Notes: generated by a model not told the origin, from the sequence alone. Positions 47,826 through 57,784 are shown, counted from the first letter of the stretch. The stretch is 64,000 nucleotides of DNA from Gammaproteobacteria bacterium (GCA_965116495.1 OZ220696.1:2176001-2240000); one strand, 5' to 3'. Translations and numbers: made by a program.

Positions 47826-49939
47826 TTATCTCTCTCCAGCATAGATAACATTTCATTCATTAATTCAATGGAACCATCACTCTCAAGCCCGTTTGAACTG
47901 AGTTTAGAGAAGAAACTCATGCGCTCAAATTCGTTACGCAGAAGACTTTTAAGATCCCTATCCATCCTCCATGAATCCAACTTGGGTATTACAACAAAGT
48001 CATGTACAACAGCCTTTTCTTTTTGAGTACTGGGTGACAACCGTAGTACTCTGCCCAATCTCTGAACCCATTGACGCTTTACTGTATTACTTGCAAGAAA
48101 ATATGCAGTTTCTGTCTGAGGTATATTAAATCCTTCATCTAAGACACGCTTTGAGGTAAGAACTTGGTACTCTCCAGCTTCAAATGACTGAACTATTCGT
48201 TTTAGAGTCTTGGGACTACTTGTTTCGTCTGCGGTCACCTGATGAAAGTTTACTGCACGTTTAGATAAAAGTTGATTTAGTGCTTCTAACTGCTCAGGAT
48301 TTTTGTCTGTGCAAAAGAATAGTGTTCTTTGAATCTCGTATTTTTTCTTAGGTAAAATTTCAACTAGCCTAGAAATCTTTCCTGAAGCTGCCTCAACGAT
48401 TCTTCTTCTCTGTAAACAGAGCAGTTTCCAACGCTCTTTCTCGGAATTCCCATCATCCAACTCAGCTGCGTAGCTCAATTTACGAATCTTATCTGTTAAG
48501 TCAGACCATTGCTCTTGCTCTTCATAATCAAGTTGAACTTTGTGAACGTGGTAATCATATGGGACAAGGCAGCTTCCAATCGCTTTCTCTAGAGGAAAGT
48601 CATAAACCACGTCTCCAAAGTAATTTATCAAAAACTCAGTTCCACATTCATCAAACTGTCGAACATGAGTTGCTGATAGACCCATTAAATATTTAAAGCA
48701 ATCCCTAGCCTCAGCCTGAAAACCAATGCTTCCTAGGTTGTGAACTTCGTCCCCAATTAACATTATCGGCATAATCATACTGGCTTCTTCCAGAATTACA
48801 GTCAAATCAGACTTGAGTGCCTCATGGGTTAGCACAACAACCTCATTATGAGAGACCTCATGCCTTAGTTTTCTGATTTGTCCCTTAAGCACTCTCTTGA
48901 CTTCTCTTTTGGAAACTCCATAGGTATTTTGTGGAATAACAGAAAATGACCTCACATCATCGGACCACTGATTAAGCAAAGCTTTTGTAGGTACAGCAAT
49001 TACAATGAGTAATTTTTCTTCTCTTGAGCTAACTTTGCTCGCTGCAACTAAAGCGGTAAGTGTTTTACCTCCACCTGTAGCTATCGAGAGAATACCCTTT
49101 CCTTTTTTCATCCACGCATTTATCGCTTCGCCCTGATGTGCATACTCTCCAGTTTGATAATTTAACCATTTCGGGATAATCAACTTGGACTTTATATCTC
49201 CTACTTCACTAGAGCCTAATTCTTCAAGAATCTTGGCATTCAAATAAGATGGCCAGTCGCATACACCGCGTTTCTTCTCATTAATCTCAGAAAGGTATTC
49301 AATTGTTTTTTTATTGACTTCAATAGTCTCTACACCCTCGTATCTACCACTCCAGAGCAACTCGAAAGTCTCTCGAATTATATCGACACCTTGCTCACCT
49401 GCAGTGTTATCAAATTCTTTACTTATACCTATCTGTTCAGTATTTAGTGAAAACCCTTTGCCAGTTGCATTAACTGAACCGTGAATCGCTATTCCGCCGA
49501 ACTCAGTTTCAAAAATCCAACATTTTGCATGAAAAAGCCCTTGTTTCTGCAAACCTAGTTTTAGACTAAGTCGACCCGTTGCAACTAAATAAGCCAATGC
49601 GCTAACAGCTCTTGTTCGGAGATTGTCTTCTGTGAGCTCAAATCCAGGGAAAAGCAAAGAGATTATATTTTCGTTATTGACAATAGCAATTTTTAGCGCT
49701 TTTAAATCTTGCTCTTCTAAGTTTGGACCTACAATAAACCTTATTGAGCTGCCTTTAGCTGCTAAAAAGTGGCTTAATGAGCGGGCTAATTCGCTTAAAG
49801 CTCCACTAGTAAAATATCCACTCATACAAGATATTTTTGAAGCAATTTCAACGATAGGTAGAAATACTTCACGATCGATATCATGCTTGTTAACAAAGTA
49901 AACCGGCTTTAGTTCGGCGATTGTGTTTGAGGTAGTCAA
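47822..49939 (-). CDS. PLD(HKD)-nuclease plus SF2 helicase fusion (PbeA-like)
   Basis: GYFTS, HAK..GSVN, ATGGGKT, DEVH, GLSAT, LDEGFNIP, QRLGRVLR. Confidence 0.88.
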   Translation of the reverse strand: MTTSNTIAELKPVYFVNKHDIDREVFLPIVEIASKISCMSGYFTSGALSELARSLSHFLAAKGSSIRFIVGPNLEEQDLKALKIAIVNNENIISLLFPGFELTEDNLRTRAVSALAYLVATGRLSLKLGLQKQGLFHAKCWIFETEFGGIAIHGSVNATGKGFSLNTEQIGISKEFDNTAGEQGVDIIRETFELLWSGRYEGVETIEVNKKTIEYLSEINEKKRGVCDWPSYLNAKILEELGSSEVGDIKSKLIIPKWLNYQTGEYAHQGEAINAWMKKGKGILSIATGGGKTLTALVAASKVSSREEKLLIVIAVPTKALLNQWSDDVRSFSVIPQNTYGVSKREVKRVLKGQIRKLRHEVSHNEVVVLTHEALKSDLTVILEEASMIMPIMLIGDEVHNLGSIGFQAEARDCFKYLMGLSATHVRQFDECGTEFLINYFGDVVYDFPLEKAIGSCLVPYDYHVHKVQLDYEEQEQWSDLTDKIRKLSYAAELDDGNSEKERWKLLCLQRRRIVEAASGKISRLVEILPKKKYEIQRTLFFCTDKNPEQLEALNQLLSKRAVNFHQVTADETSSPKTLKRIVQSFEAGEYQVLTSKRVLDEGFNIPQTETAYFLASNTVKRQWVQRLGRVLRLSPSTQKEKAVVHDFVVIPKLDSWRMDRDLKSLLRNEFERMSFFSKLSSNGLESDGSIELMNEMLSMLERDK

Positions 49940-50329
49940 GAAAACCTTACAGTTATATCTGTGATGCGTAGGTTTTTATTCTTTAGCCCTACAGTTTTTT
50001 TGGAGTTTCCTCGATGAACTGCGCCAGAATTATGGAACATTATGTTATTGGAGAACTACCATAACATTATTTTAGCTCTGCAAATTTTCTGATACTAAAT
50101 CGTATATCTTTTTTACATCATATTCTGAAACAAATCTATAACAATGAAGACTTCAGAAATACCTAGCAAACGTTTTTTATAGTAAGAAATCAATCAAATT
50201 GGTGTCCATCTCCGAATTTCATCTCTGAATTTAGCATGCAGACGCAGCTATACTCCTTTCCGCATCCTAGCCAGCCGCAACAGCTAGCGTTTCATGGGGT
50301 TATCAACCCAGGAAGGGGGGATTAGAGGC

Positions 50330-50795
50330 TCAGATCTTTAAATTCAAAACCCCCTCAAAAACCCCAAACGCCACCTCCCCATACAAACAGAAAACCACTC
50401 TCACCAGCCCGGTTTCTCCCTGCAGGTAATCTATCGTAGCGGATAGCATGATCTCCGCGCAGCGCTCGATCGGAAAACCGAACACGCCGGTGCTGATAGC
50501 TGGGAACCCGACGCTTTTCAGACCGTTTTTGTCTGCGACTCTCAGGCTGTTCAGCTTTGCTTTCCTGAGTTTTTCCTCCTCGTCCCCTTCTCCCTTGCGC
50601 GGGCCGACGGCATGGATGATGCGCCGCGCCTTGAGGTTGCCGCCGCCGGTGACCACCTTTGGCGCGAATGGCGCCGGCCACGCCCGCGCCTAATATGAGC
50701 GAGGCATTGGCCGCATTGACGATAACGTCGGTGTGGAGTTCGGTGATGTCGCCCTCGACGAGTTCCAGGGTTTTATCGTTGATTTGAATGTGCAA
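50330..50795 (-). pseudogene. Macro domain (ADP-ribose hydrolase, YmdB-like), frameshifted with internal deletion
   Basis: [20 protein letters not shown] in one frame; [26 protein letters not shown] in another. Confidence 0.85.
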
Positions 50796-50902
50796 TTTTG
50801 AATGCCATTAAAGTCAAGCTTGAGTTTAAAGGTGCTTTCGATCCGGAATATACACACGATTATACGGTTAGAAATTTAGCTTGAATACTTCTCAGGAAAA
50901 AC

Positions 50903-51034
50903 ACAGTTGTAACAAAGACGGTAATCTTGCAGTCCATACGTTGCCTGAAAAACGCGGGACTGCGCTGCTTGATTTATTGTCAACATTTGATGATGAATTT
51001 ATAGAAATTCTTGAAGAAAATTACCAAAACCGGC
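50903..51034 (+). repeat. About 132-bp direct repeat, copy 1
   Basis: Highly similar to 52707-52838 (offset 1804 bp). Confidence 0.9.
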
Positions 51035-51205
51035 TTTTACTGCTGCCAACCGTCGAATCCTTACTCTAATTGGCGATATAACACTGAATGCGACTTGAAG
51101 ATCGTTAAGATCAATCCCCTCTGATCCACTCCAGCACCCCGCCCACCCACGGTCCGTCCAGGTCGCCGCATGCCAGGCAAGTCGGCGGCCAGCCGCCACC
51201 GGTGA

Positions 51206-52603
51206 TCAGCGCGCCGACTGCATCTGTTTCCACTCGATAAATTCCGGTACCCGAAGCCTGTATCGCGCCAGTGCCGCCTCATGCAGGCGCTGCAATTCAT
51301 CGTCAACCAGACCAATGAACCTGTCGATATCTTCATCAGGGACACGGCCTTCTGTCAGGCATGCAATGGATTCCGCAGTGGCTGCAAGCCTGTCCTTGAC
51401 GATGCGGCCTATGACTGATTCAATTATCGGCCTGTATTTATGCCTGAACGGATCGGGCCTGCCGGCAAGGTCCTTTGAGAGATTGTACCGTTGGCATGAC
51501 CGTTCATAGGCCCAGACGAACACGTCGATCAGCAGGTCGGGCTGGTTCAGTTCGTACACGCCCAGCATCCCTTCAATATAGGTTTTTTTGGGGACGCCAA
51601 CGAACGATAACGGACACAGCCTGTTTTTGATCAGCGGGATGTTGGCGCCCAGCCGCGCCACCCGCTTATTGACATCGGTAAAAGGCTGCAGGTACGGGAT
51701 ATGAACCATCAGGAAAAACGCCTGCTCAAACGGGTCGTCGATGGCCTTTGCCTTGTCCAGAATCAGCCTGAAATACTGCTCTACCTGTTGGGGGACCGCC
51801 ATTGGCATGTAAACAGACCCGCCTATCTCAACGATCTTGTTCCGCAAGCGCCCGCTGTCATCCGGGCCGCTCATTAAACTGTCCGACAATACGGCGTGCA
51901 GGCTCAGGAAGGTGTACATGTTGAAATCCACGTATTCCACCTCCTGAACCAACATCTCTATGGCGCGTTTGTGGTTCAGGATCATCGTCGCCTCAAAAGG
52001 GTCTTTTCCTTCGGCGAGCCTGCCGGCTTCAATCAGGTTCTGTGTGTCCATGAGCGAATAGGTGTTTCCTTCAAGCCTGCTTGATGCCCAAGGCAGGTCT
52101 ATCAGCAACCTGTCAATTAAAACGAGCGGATAGGTCCCGTCATCTGCCTGTCCGGGTTCCTTGAGTGTCCCGATGTTGCGCAGGTGCGCCCTGATGTCGT
52201 CCGGCAAGTAGCTCGTCACATTTGGCCCGTAACTCTCCAGGTAGTCTCTATGGTAGGAGACGGGATCACGGCCGTGAACAGGCCTTTGCACATACTCCCT
52301 GATCGTCTTGCTCTCATCCGACACGGGGATCTGGATTTCAACGTCGGGTTCCGGTATTGCTGAGGAGGCTGGTGATCTGCCAGGTGGCTTCCTGTAATGC
52401 ACCGCACGCGCTTTCCCGACCCGGATGATTTTCCCTTCATCAACGAGGTCTGCCAGCCTGCGCATGAACGTTCGGTGACTTGGAGGGTCATCCTGCATCC
52501 TTTCCTTCAGGGCTTTAAATATGTCAGCGCTACCGAGGCCCTTATCGTTATCGGACGCGAGTACAATCTCTGATATCACTTCTGTTAAATCATTAATTTT
52601 CAT
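51206..52603 (-). CDS. Fic family protein with N-terminal wHTH
   Basis: WASSRLEGN inhibitory-type motif, YLQPFTDVNKRVARL Fic motif variant. Confidence 0.9.
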   Translation of the reverse strand: MKINDLTEVISEIVLASDNDKGLGSADIFKALKERMQDDPPSHRTFMRRLADLVDEGKIIRVGKARAVHYRKPPGRSPASSAIPEPDVEIQIPVSDESKTIREYVQRPVHGRDPVSYHRDYLESYGPNVTSYLPDDIRAHLRNIGTLKEPGQADDGTYPLVLIDRLLIDLPWASSRLEGNTYSLMDTQNLIEAGRLAEGKDPFEATMILNHKRAIEMLVQEVEYVDFNMYTFLSLHAVLSDSLMSGPDDSGRLRNKIVEIGGSVYMPMAVPQQVEQYFRLILDKAKAIDDPFEQAFFLMVHIPYLQPFTDVNKRVARLGANIPLIKNRLCPLSFVGVPKKTYIEGMLGVYELNQPDLLIDVFVWAYERSCQRYNLSKDLAGRPDPFRHKYRPIIESVIGRIVKDRLAATAESIACLTEGRVPDEDIDRFIGLVDDELQRLHEAALARYRLRVPEFIEWKQMQSAR

Positions 52604-52644
52604 ATATCAAACCTGCCTGGCAATGCGTATCAACTACACATAGA

Positions 52645-52686
52645 TGGCACGATACTGGCATAATACTGGCACAATAATGGCACGAT
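52645..52686. promoter_or_regulatory. Four 11-bp-period direct repeats upstream of fic
   Basis: TGGCAYRATAC-like units at 52645, 52656, 52667, 52678. Confidence 0.65.
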
Positions 52687-52706
52687 TTCAAGTCGACCAG
52701 CAAAAG

Positions 52707-52838
52707 ACAGTTATAACAAAGACGCTAATCTTGTAGTCCATACATTGCCTGAAAATCGCGGGACTGCGCTGCTTGATTTATTGTCAACATTTGATGACGA
52801 ATTTATAGAAATTCTTGAGGAAATTTACCTGAACCAGC
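52707..52838 (+). repeat. About 132-bp direct repeat, copy 2
   Basis: Matches 50903-51034. Confidence 0.9.
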
Positions 52839-52849
52839 CGATTTGATCG

Positions 52850-52890
52850 AATTTAGCAAGTTTATGATATTTTCATAAACTTGCTAAATT
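52850..52890. promoter_or_regulatory. Perfect 18-bp inverted repeat (operator candidate), followed by TATAAT
   Basis: AATTTAGCAAGTTTATGA-tattt-TCATAAACTTGCTAAATT; TATAAT at 52894-52899. Confidence 0.7.
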
Positions 52891-52905
52891 AGCTATAATT
52901 CTGTC

Positions 52906-54102
52906 ATGGACCCTGTCAGAAATCCCTTTACACCCGGCGCCGGCACACCACCTCCGCAATTAGCTGGGCGTGATGAACTACTGGAACGGATGCGTATCGT
53001 CCTGGAACGCACCCGTCTTGGGCGGCCATCCAAGAGTCTGCTACTGGTGGGGCTGCGTGGTGTCGGAAAGACCGTACTGCTGGGCAAGATGTGTGACGAT
53101 GCTGAGGCTTCGGCTATGCAGACTCTCCGTATTGAAGCGCCTGAGGGCCGTTCCTTGCCTGCCATTCTTGCCCCGCAACTACGTCGGGCGTTATTGCGCT
53201 TGTCTGTTATCGAACAGGCAAGGGAATTGGCACAAAGAGCCCTGCGCGGGTTGGCCGGCTTCGCCACTGCGTTAAAGTTTAAGTACAACGACATTGAAGT
53301 TGGGCTGGATTTCGACACAGAACCTGGGCTCGCAGACAACGGTGATTTGGAACTGGACTTGCAGGCGCTGCTTGAAGTGTCCGGCGCAGCAGTCGCGAGC
53401 GCCGGGACGGGTCTGGCGCTTTTTGTTGATGAGTTGCAATACGTCGATGAAGACCAATTGGCGGCCTTGATTATGGCGCTGCATCGTACCGCCCAGCGTC
53501 GCTTGCCGGTGGTACTCGCAGGAGCGGGGTTGCCGCAATTGCGCGGGCGCATGGGAAAAGCGAAATCCTATGCCGAGCGCTTGTTCGATTTTCCTGAAGT
53601 AGGTCCATTACCTCCAACTGCCGCACGCGTTGCCATTAGCGACCCCGCTGAGGCCGAAGGTGAAAGCATAGACACAGATGCGCTGGATTACATTATTTCG
53701 GAAACACAGGGTTATCCTTATTTTTTACAGGAATGGGGCAAACAGGCATGGGATATCACCGAATCATCCCCTATCACTATGGAAGACGTGGAAAAAGCTT
53801 CTCAGAGTGCGATTGCTGCATTGGACGAAGGTTTCTTTCGCGTACGCTTTGATCGACTGACGCCTTCCGAAAAGCGTTACCTGCGCGCTATGGCGGAATT
53901 GGGGCCTGGACCTCACCGTTCAGGTTCTATCGCCGAAGTACTGGAACGCGGGGTGACCTCTCTTGCTCCTGTCCGCAGCCAACTTATAGCGAAGGGGATG
54001 ATCTGGAGTCCCAGCCATGGTGACACAACTTTCACGGTACCACTGTTTGACGGCTTCATGCGGCGCATCATGCCCGACGACGACTGGAAAACTGTATCCT
54101 GA
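52906..54102 (+). CDS. AAA ATPase with C-terminal winged helix
   Basis: NPFTPGAG..LAGR, GLRGVGKT, FVDELQ, GYPYFLQEWG, FTVPLF. Confidence 0.88.
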   Translation: MDPVRNPFTPGAGTPPPQLAGRDELLERMRIVLERTRLGRPSKSLLLVGLRGVGKTVLLGKMCDDAEASAMQTLRIEAPEGRSLPAILAPQLRRALLRLSVIEQARELAQRALRGLAGFATALKFKYNDIEVGLDFDTEPGLADNGDLELDLQALLEVSGAAVASAGTGLALFVDELQYVDEDQLAALIMALHRTAQRRLPVVLAGAGLPQLRGRMGKAKSYAERLFDFPEVGPLPPTAARVAISDPAEAEGESIDTDALDYIISETQGYPYFLQEWGKQAWDITESSPITMEDVEKASQSAIAALDEGFFRVRFDRLTPSEKRYLRAMAELGPGPHRSGSIAEVLERGVTSLAPVRSQLIAKGMIWSPSHGDTTFTVPLFDGFMRRIMPDDDWKTVS

Positions 54103-54185
54103 AGCACAGAGCCTGATAGCGTATTTCCCTCCCGGGGAGAGGGATGCCTACCCTGACTTATCCCTGAACCGGAAAATGACATGCA

Positions 54186-55007
54186 TCAATGCCCCCTGAT
54201 CCACTCCATCACCCTGCCCGCCCAGAGCCCGTCCGGGTCGCCGCATGCCAGGTTGGCCTGCAAATGGTCGCAACCCTCCAGTTCCAGGCTGGCAGTCTCA
54301 CCCCCTGCATTCCGCAGAGCCCGTTCCATCTTGTGCGCCTGGGTGATCAGGTGGGGGAAATCCCCGCTGCCCCAGGACAGGAAGAATGGCGGCGGCGTAC
54401 CCTGGATATTGCAGATGGGGCTGGCCGCTTCTTCGTTGCCGACCGGACCCAGGAAGCGCGGGCGCATGGACAGGCCTGAGCCTTCACGGAAGTCGAACAC
54501 GCCGGAGACGGGCAGGCAGCCGCGTACGACGTCCACGGGCAGCCCGTAGTCTTCCTGCCAGTCCTTGCGCACAGCCATCAGGCTGGTCTGGTGTCCGCCC
54601 GCGGAATGGCCGGATATGAACAGGCGGTCCGGGTCGCCGGACAGCTTGTCGACGTTCTCATAAACCCATTTCAGCCCGCTCATGCAGTCGTCCAGCCCGG
54701 CCGGGAAGATGTGGGCCGGGGCCAGCCGGTAACCGATGCTGACGAAACCGATGCCGGCCTGGTTGAAGACCGGCGCCATGAATGCCATCCACTCCTTATA
54801 GCCGCTGGTCCAGCCGCCGCCGTGGATCATGATGAACACGTTGCCGTCGGGGTCCGGCGCCGGGAACCAGAGCACGCTCTGGTAGGGATCCGGCCCGTAG
54901 TTGTCTTCGGCGCCGCCGATTTCCGCGGCTTTCTCCAGCAAGTACCTGTTGTATTCCCTGGCGAAGTCGGATACGGGTTCATGTGGGGGGTAGTCTTCGG
55001 GTTTCAT
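54186..55007 (-). CDS. Alpha/beta hydrolase (HSL / arylformamidase-like)
   Basis: HGGGW, GHSAGG, DH His motif. Confidence 0.85.
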   Translation of the reverse strand: MKPEDYPPHEPVSDFAREYNRYLLEKAAEIGGAEDNYGPDPYQSVLWFPAPDPDGNVFIMIHGGGWTSGYKEWMAFMAPVFNQAGIGFVSIGYRLAPAHIFPAGLDDCMSGLKWVYENVDKLSGDPDRLFISGHSAGGHQTSLMAVRKDWQEDYGLPVDVVRGCLPVSGVFDFREGSGLSMRPRFLGPVGNEEAASPICNIQGTPPPFFLSWGSGDFPHLITQAHKMERALRNAGGETASLELEGCDHLQANLACGDPDGLWAGRVMEWIRGH

Positions 55008-55196
55008 GGTGTTTGTTCCAGTGATTTGTGGGTTATGAATCTGGTTAGTATCCGGTTAAGGCGGATTGTTGTAAACCAATTATATCCAAGTTGCAGGATG
55101 TCATAAATTTCGTGATTGTATGATCGGGCGGAAGTTGTGGTTACAATGGCTGACAGGCCGATCTGTTATTCATGTTAACCAACCCGGGGGGCAGTC

Positions 55197-56363
55197 ATGG
55201 AATCCATAGCACAATCATCGGAGTTGCGTCAGGAATTGGAATCGGGCCGGTTTCTGGCCGCGGTGTTCATGACCGGGGTGCTGGGAATCGCTTCGTTCCT
55301 GGTGCTGCCTTCCCTCGTTCTCGGATTTGTCTCCGACCTCGGCTTCACTGAGCTTCAAATCGGCAGGATATCCACTTTCCAGTTGCTGGGGCTCGGTCTT
55401 GGTTCCGTTGCCAGCGTTTTCCTGATGAAACACCTCGATTGGAGGAACCTGTCGCGTTTCGGGCTGGCGCTGCTCCTGGCCGGCGATTTCGTCTGTACGT
55501 TGACCGGGGACTTTACATCTTTGCTGGTCCTGCGTTTTATCTCCGGGTTTGCCGGAGGGGTGTGCGTTTCATTTGCTGCCTACGGACTGGGGCTGACGGC
55601 CAATACGGACCGGAATTTCGGTATATTCATGACTGTACAGGTGGGTTTTGCCATTATCGCCAGTTTTTCTTTTCCGTCTGTACTTGACCTGGCGGGTCTG
55701 GATGGAATCTTTTTTGTCCTGTGTCTGCTGGAACTGGCGGGTATTATTCTGGTCTCCCGTTTCATGCCTGCAAAGCGCTGGGAAAGCGCATCACGGGAGC
55801 ATGGCAATGACCGCTTCCACTGGGCCATGTGTACGCTGGTGATGATCGGGCTCGTCTTCTTTTTCACGGCCATCGGCATGTTCTGGACTTATATTGCGCC
55901 CATTGGTCTTGATGCGGGGTTGAGCAAGCAACAGACCGGCAACGCGGTGAGTATCGCATTGTTCGGGGCATTGCTGGGCGCCTATGCCGCCGCCGCATTT
56001 AACATCAAATTTGGCCGGGTGCTGCCGCTGACGCTGACACTGGCCTTGCAACTGCTCGCATTGCTGCTGCTTTACCAGGGACTTGACTACCTGATGTTCT
56101 GCGCCGCTGCTGCGCTGTTCGGCTTCGGCTGGTACATGTACGTCCCTTACCAATTCGCGCTGCTGGCTGAGTTCGATAAGGACGGCAGGCCCATGCTCCT
56201 GTTGAATGCTGTCGCCGGCCTGGGTTCAGGCCTGGGACCGGCCATTGCCGCGTATACCCTGGCGGGCGGTTACTCCCTGCTCTATATGCTCTGCGCCCTG
56301 TTCCTGGTCTTGTCGCTGGCGTGGCACCTGGCGGCGATCGGTCTGGGGAAGAAATACCTGTAA
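55197..56363 (+). CDS. MFS transporter
   Basis: About 12 TM segments, LRFISG; paralog of 464-1606. Confidence 0.85.
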   Translation: MESIAQSSELRQELESGRFLAAVFMTGVLGIASFLVLPSLVLGFVSDLGFTELQIGRISTFQLLGLGLGSVASVFLMKHLDWRNLSRFGLALLLAGDFVCTLTGDFTSLLVLRFISGFAGGVCVSFAAYGLGLTANTDRNFGIFMTVQVGFAIIASFSFPSVLDLAGLDGIFFVLCLLELAGIILVSRFMPAKRWESASREHGNDRFHWAMCTLVMIGLVFFFTAIGMFWTYIAPIGLDAGLSKQQTGNAVSIALFGALLGAYAAAAFNIKFGRVLPLTLTLALQLLALLLLYQGLDYLMFCAAAALFGFGWYMYVPYQFALLAEFDKDGRPMLLLNAVAGLGSGLGPAIAAYTLAGGYSLLYMLCALFLVLSLAWHLAAIGLGKKYL

Positions 56364-56386
56364 TCCGCGCTGGAACCTGTTGAGTC

Positions 56387-57769
56387 ATGAAACATATCAC
56401 TGAACCTTCCGCGGCGGACTGGCTTGCCCGGCTGAAAAATGGCGATATCTCGTCGGTGGAACTGGTCGAGCAGACCATCGCCCGGATTAACGAGGTCAAC
56501 CCGAAGCTGAACGCTGTAGTGGCGCATGACCCGGAAACCTGCGTCAGGCTGGCACAGGAGGCAGACATGCAACGCCGCAAGGGAACGGAACTGCCGCTGC
56601 TCGGCCTGCCTGTCACCGTGAAGGATTCAATAGATGCGGCCGGTTTCCCCTGCACCGGTGGTTCGTTTGCGCGCGAGCATTTCCGCCCGGACAAGGATTC
56701 CACCGTCGTGGCGCGCCTGCGTAAGGCAGGGGCTATCGTGGTTGCAAAGACCAATCTCCCCGAATATTCCTCTTCCTACGAGACCGACAACGCCATTTTC
56801 GGTTGTACCAACAATCCGTTCGATACACAACGCACCGCGGGCGGCTCCACCGGTGGTGAGGGCGCCCTGCTGGGCGCTGATGCCTCACTTGCCGGTATTG
56901 GCCTGGACGGCGGCGGCTCCATCCGCGTGCCCAGCCATTACTGCGGCATTTACGGCATCAGGCCGACTACGGGACGGGTGCCGGACACGGGAACCTGGCC
57001 GGAAACCCGGGATACGGGCTACCGGGACCTGATGTGCGTCGGGCCGATGGCGCGCTATGCCGAGGATCTGGCGCTGATATTGCCGGTCATCTCGGGGGCG
57101 GACTGGATAGATCCCTATGCGGTACCGGCGCCGCTGTTCTCGCCGGACGATGTGATTGTGAGCGAATTGCGCATTGGTTTTTACACTCATGACGGCGTCG
57201 CCAAAGTCAGCCAGGAAACCGAACAAGCAGTGGCGCGCATTGTGGAGGCCATGGAGCAGGCCGGTTGCCGAGTCACAGAGGCAGATTTACCGGACGTAAC
57301 TGATGCGACCGAAATCTTCTTTTCCATGGCAGGTGCGGACGGCGGCGTTCGCACCCTGAAAGATCTCAAGGGGGCAGATGACCGGCATCATATACAGTTC
57401 AAAACCTTGCTGGACGGTTTCGGCGAGTCCACGAGCCTGCCTGACTTTTTCGACCTGCAGGGCCGCTTTTTTGACTTCCGGGCACGCATGCGCCAATTCA
57501 TGAGTGGCTATGACCTCGTTATCGCGCCGGTGACTACCGGACCGGCGCCGCGCCACATGGAAACACCTTACGGCATTCCACAGGACGAATACTTTCTATA
57601 CCGCGCCTTCAACTATGTCCATACCTATGCCCTGGCCGGATTGCCTGTCGCCGTTGCCCCAGCAGGCGCCCAGGACGGGCTGCCGCTGGGAGTGCAGCTT
57701 GCCGCTCAGCCTTTTCGGGAAGATGTAGCGCTGGCTGTGGCCGCGTATTTGCAGGAAAACCTGGGTTAA
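56387..57769 (+). CDS. Amidase signature family enzyme
   Basis: GLPVTVKD, GGSTGGEG, DGGGSIRVP, GLPLGVQL. Confidence 0.93.
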   Translation: MKHITEPSAADWLARLKNGDISSVELVEQTIARINEVNPKLNAVVAHDPETCVRLAQEADMQRRKGTELPLLGLPVTVKDSIDAAGFPCTGGSFAREHFRPDKDSTVVARLRKAGAIVVAKTNLPEYSSSYETDNAIFGCTNNPFDTQRTAGGSTGGEGALLGADASLAGIGLDGGGSIRVPSHYCGIYGIRPTTGRVPDTGTWPETRDTGYRDLMCVGPMARYAEDLALILPVISGADWIDPYAVPAPLFSPDDVIVSELRIGFYTHDGVAKVSQETEQAVARIVEAMEQAGCRVTEADLPDVTDATEIFFSMAGADGGVRTLKDLKGADDRHHIQFKTLLDGFGESTSLPDFFDLQGRFFDFRARMRQFMSGYDLVIAPVTTGPAPRHMETPYGIPQDEYFLYRAFNYVHTYALAGLPVAVAPAGAQDGLPLGVQLAAQPFREDVALAVAAYLQENLG

Positions 57770-57784
57770 AGAATTAGTTGCTTA

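Noticed and set aside
50881-51069. Functional 62-aa gene
   Set aside because: Mostly the 132-bp repeat, TTG start with no clear RBS; treated as a fragment
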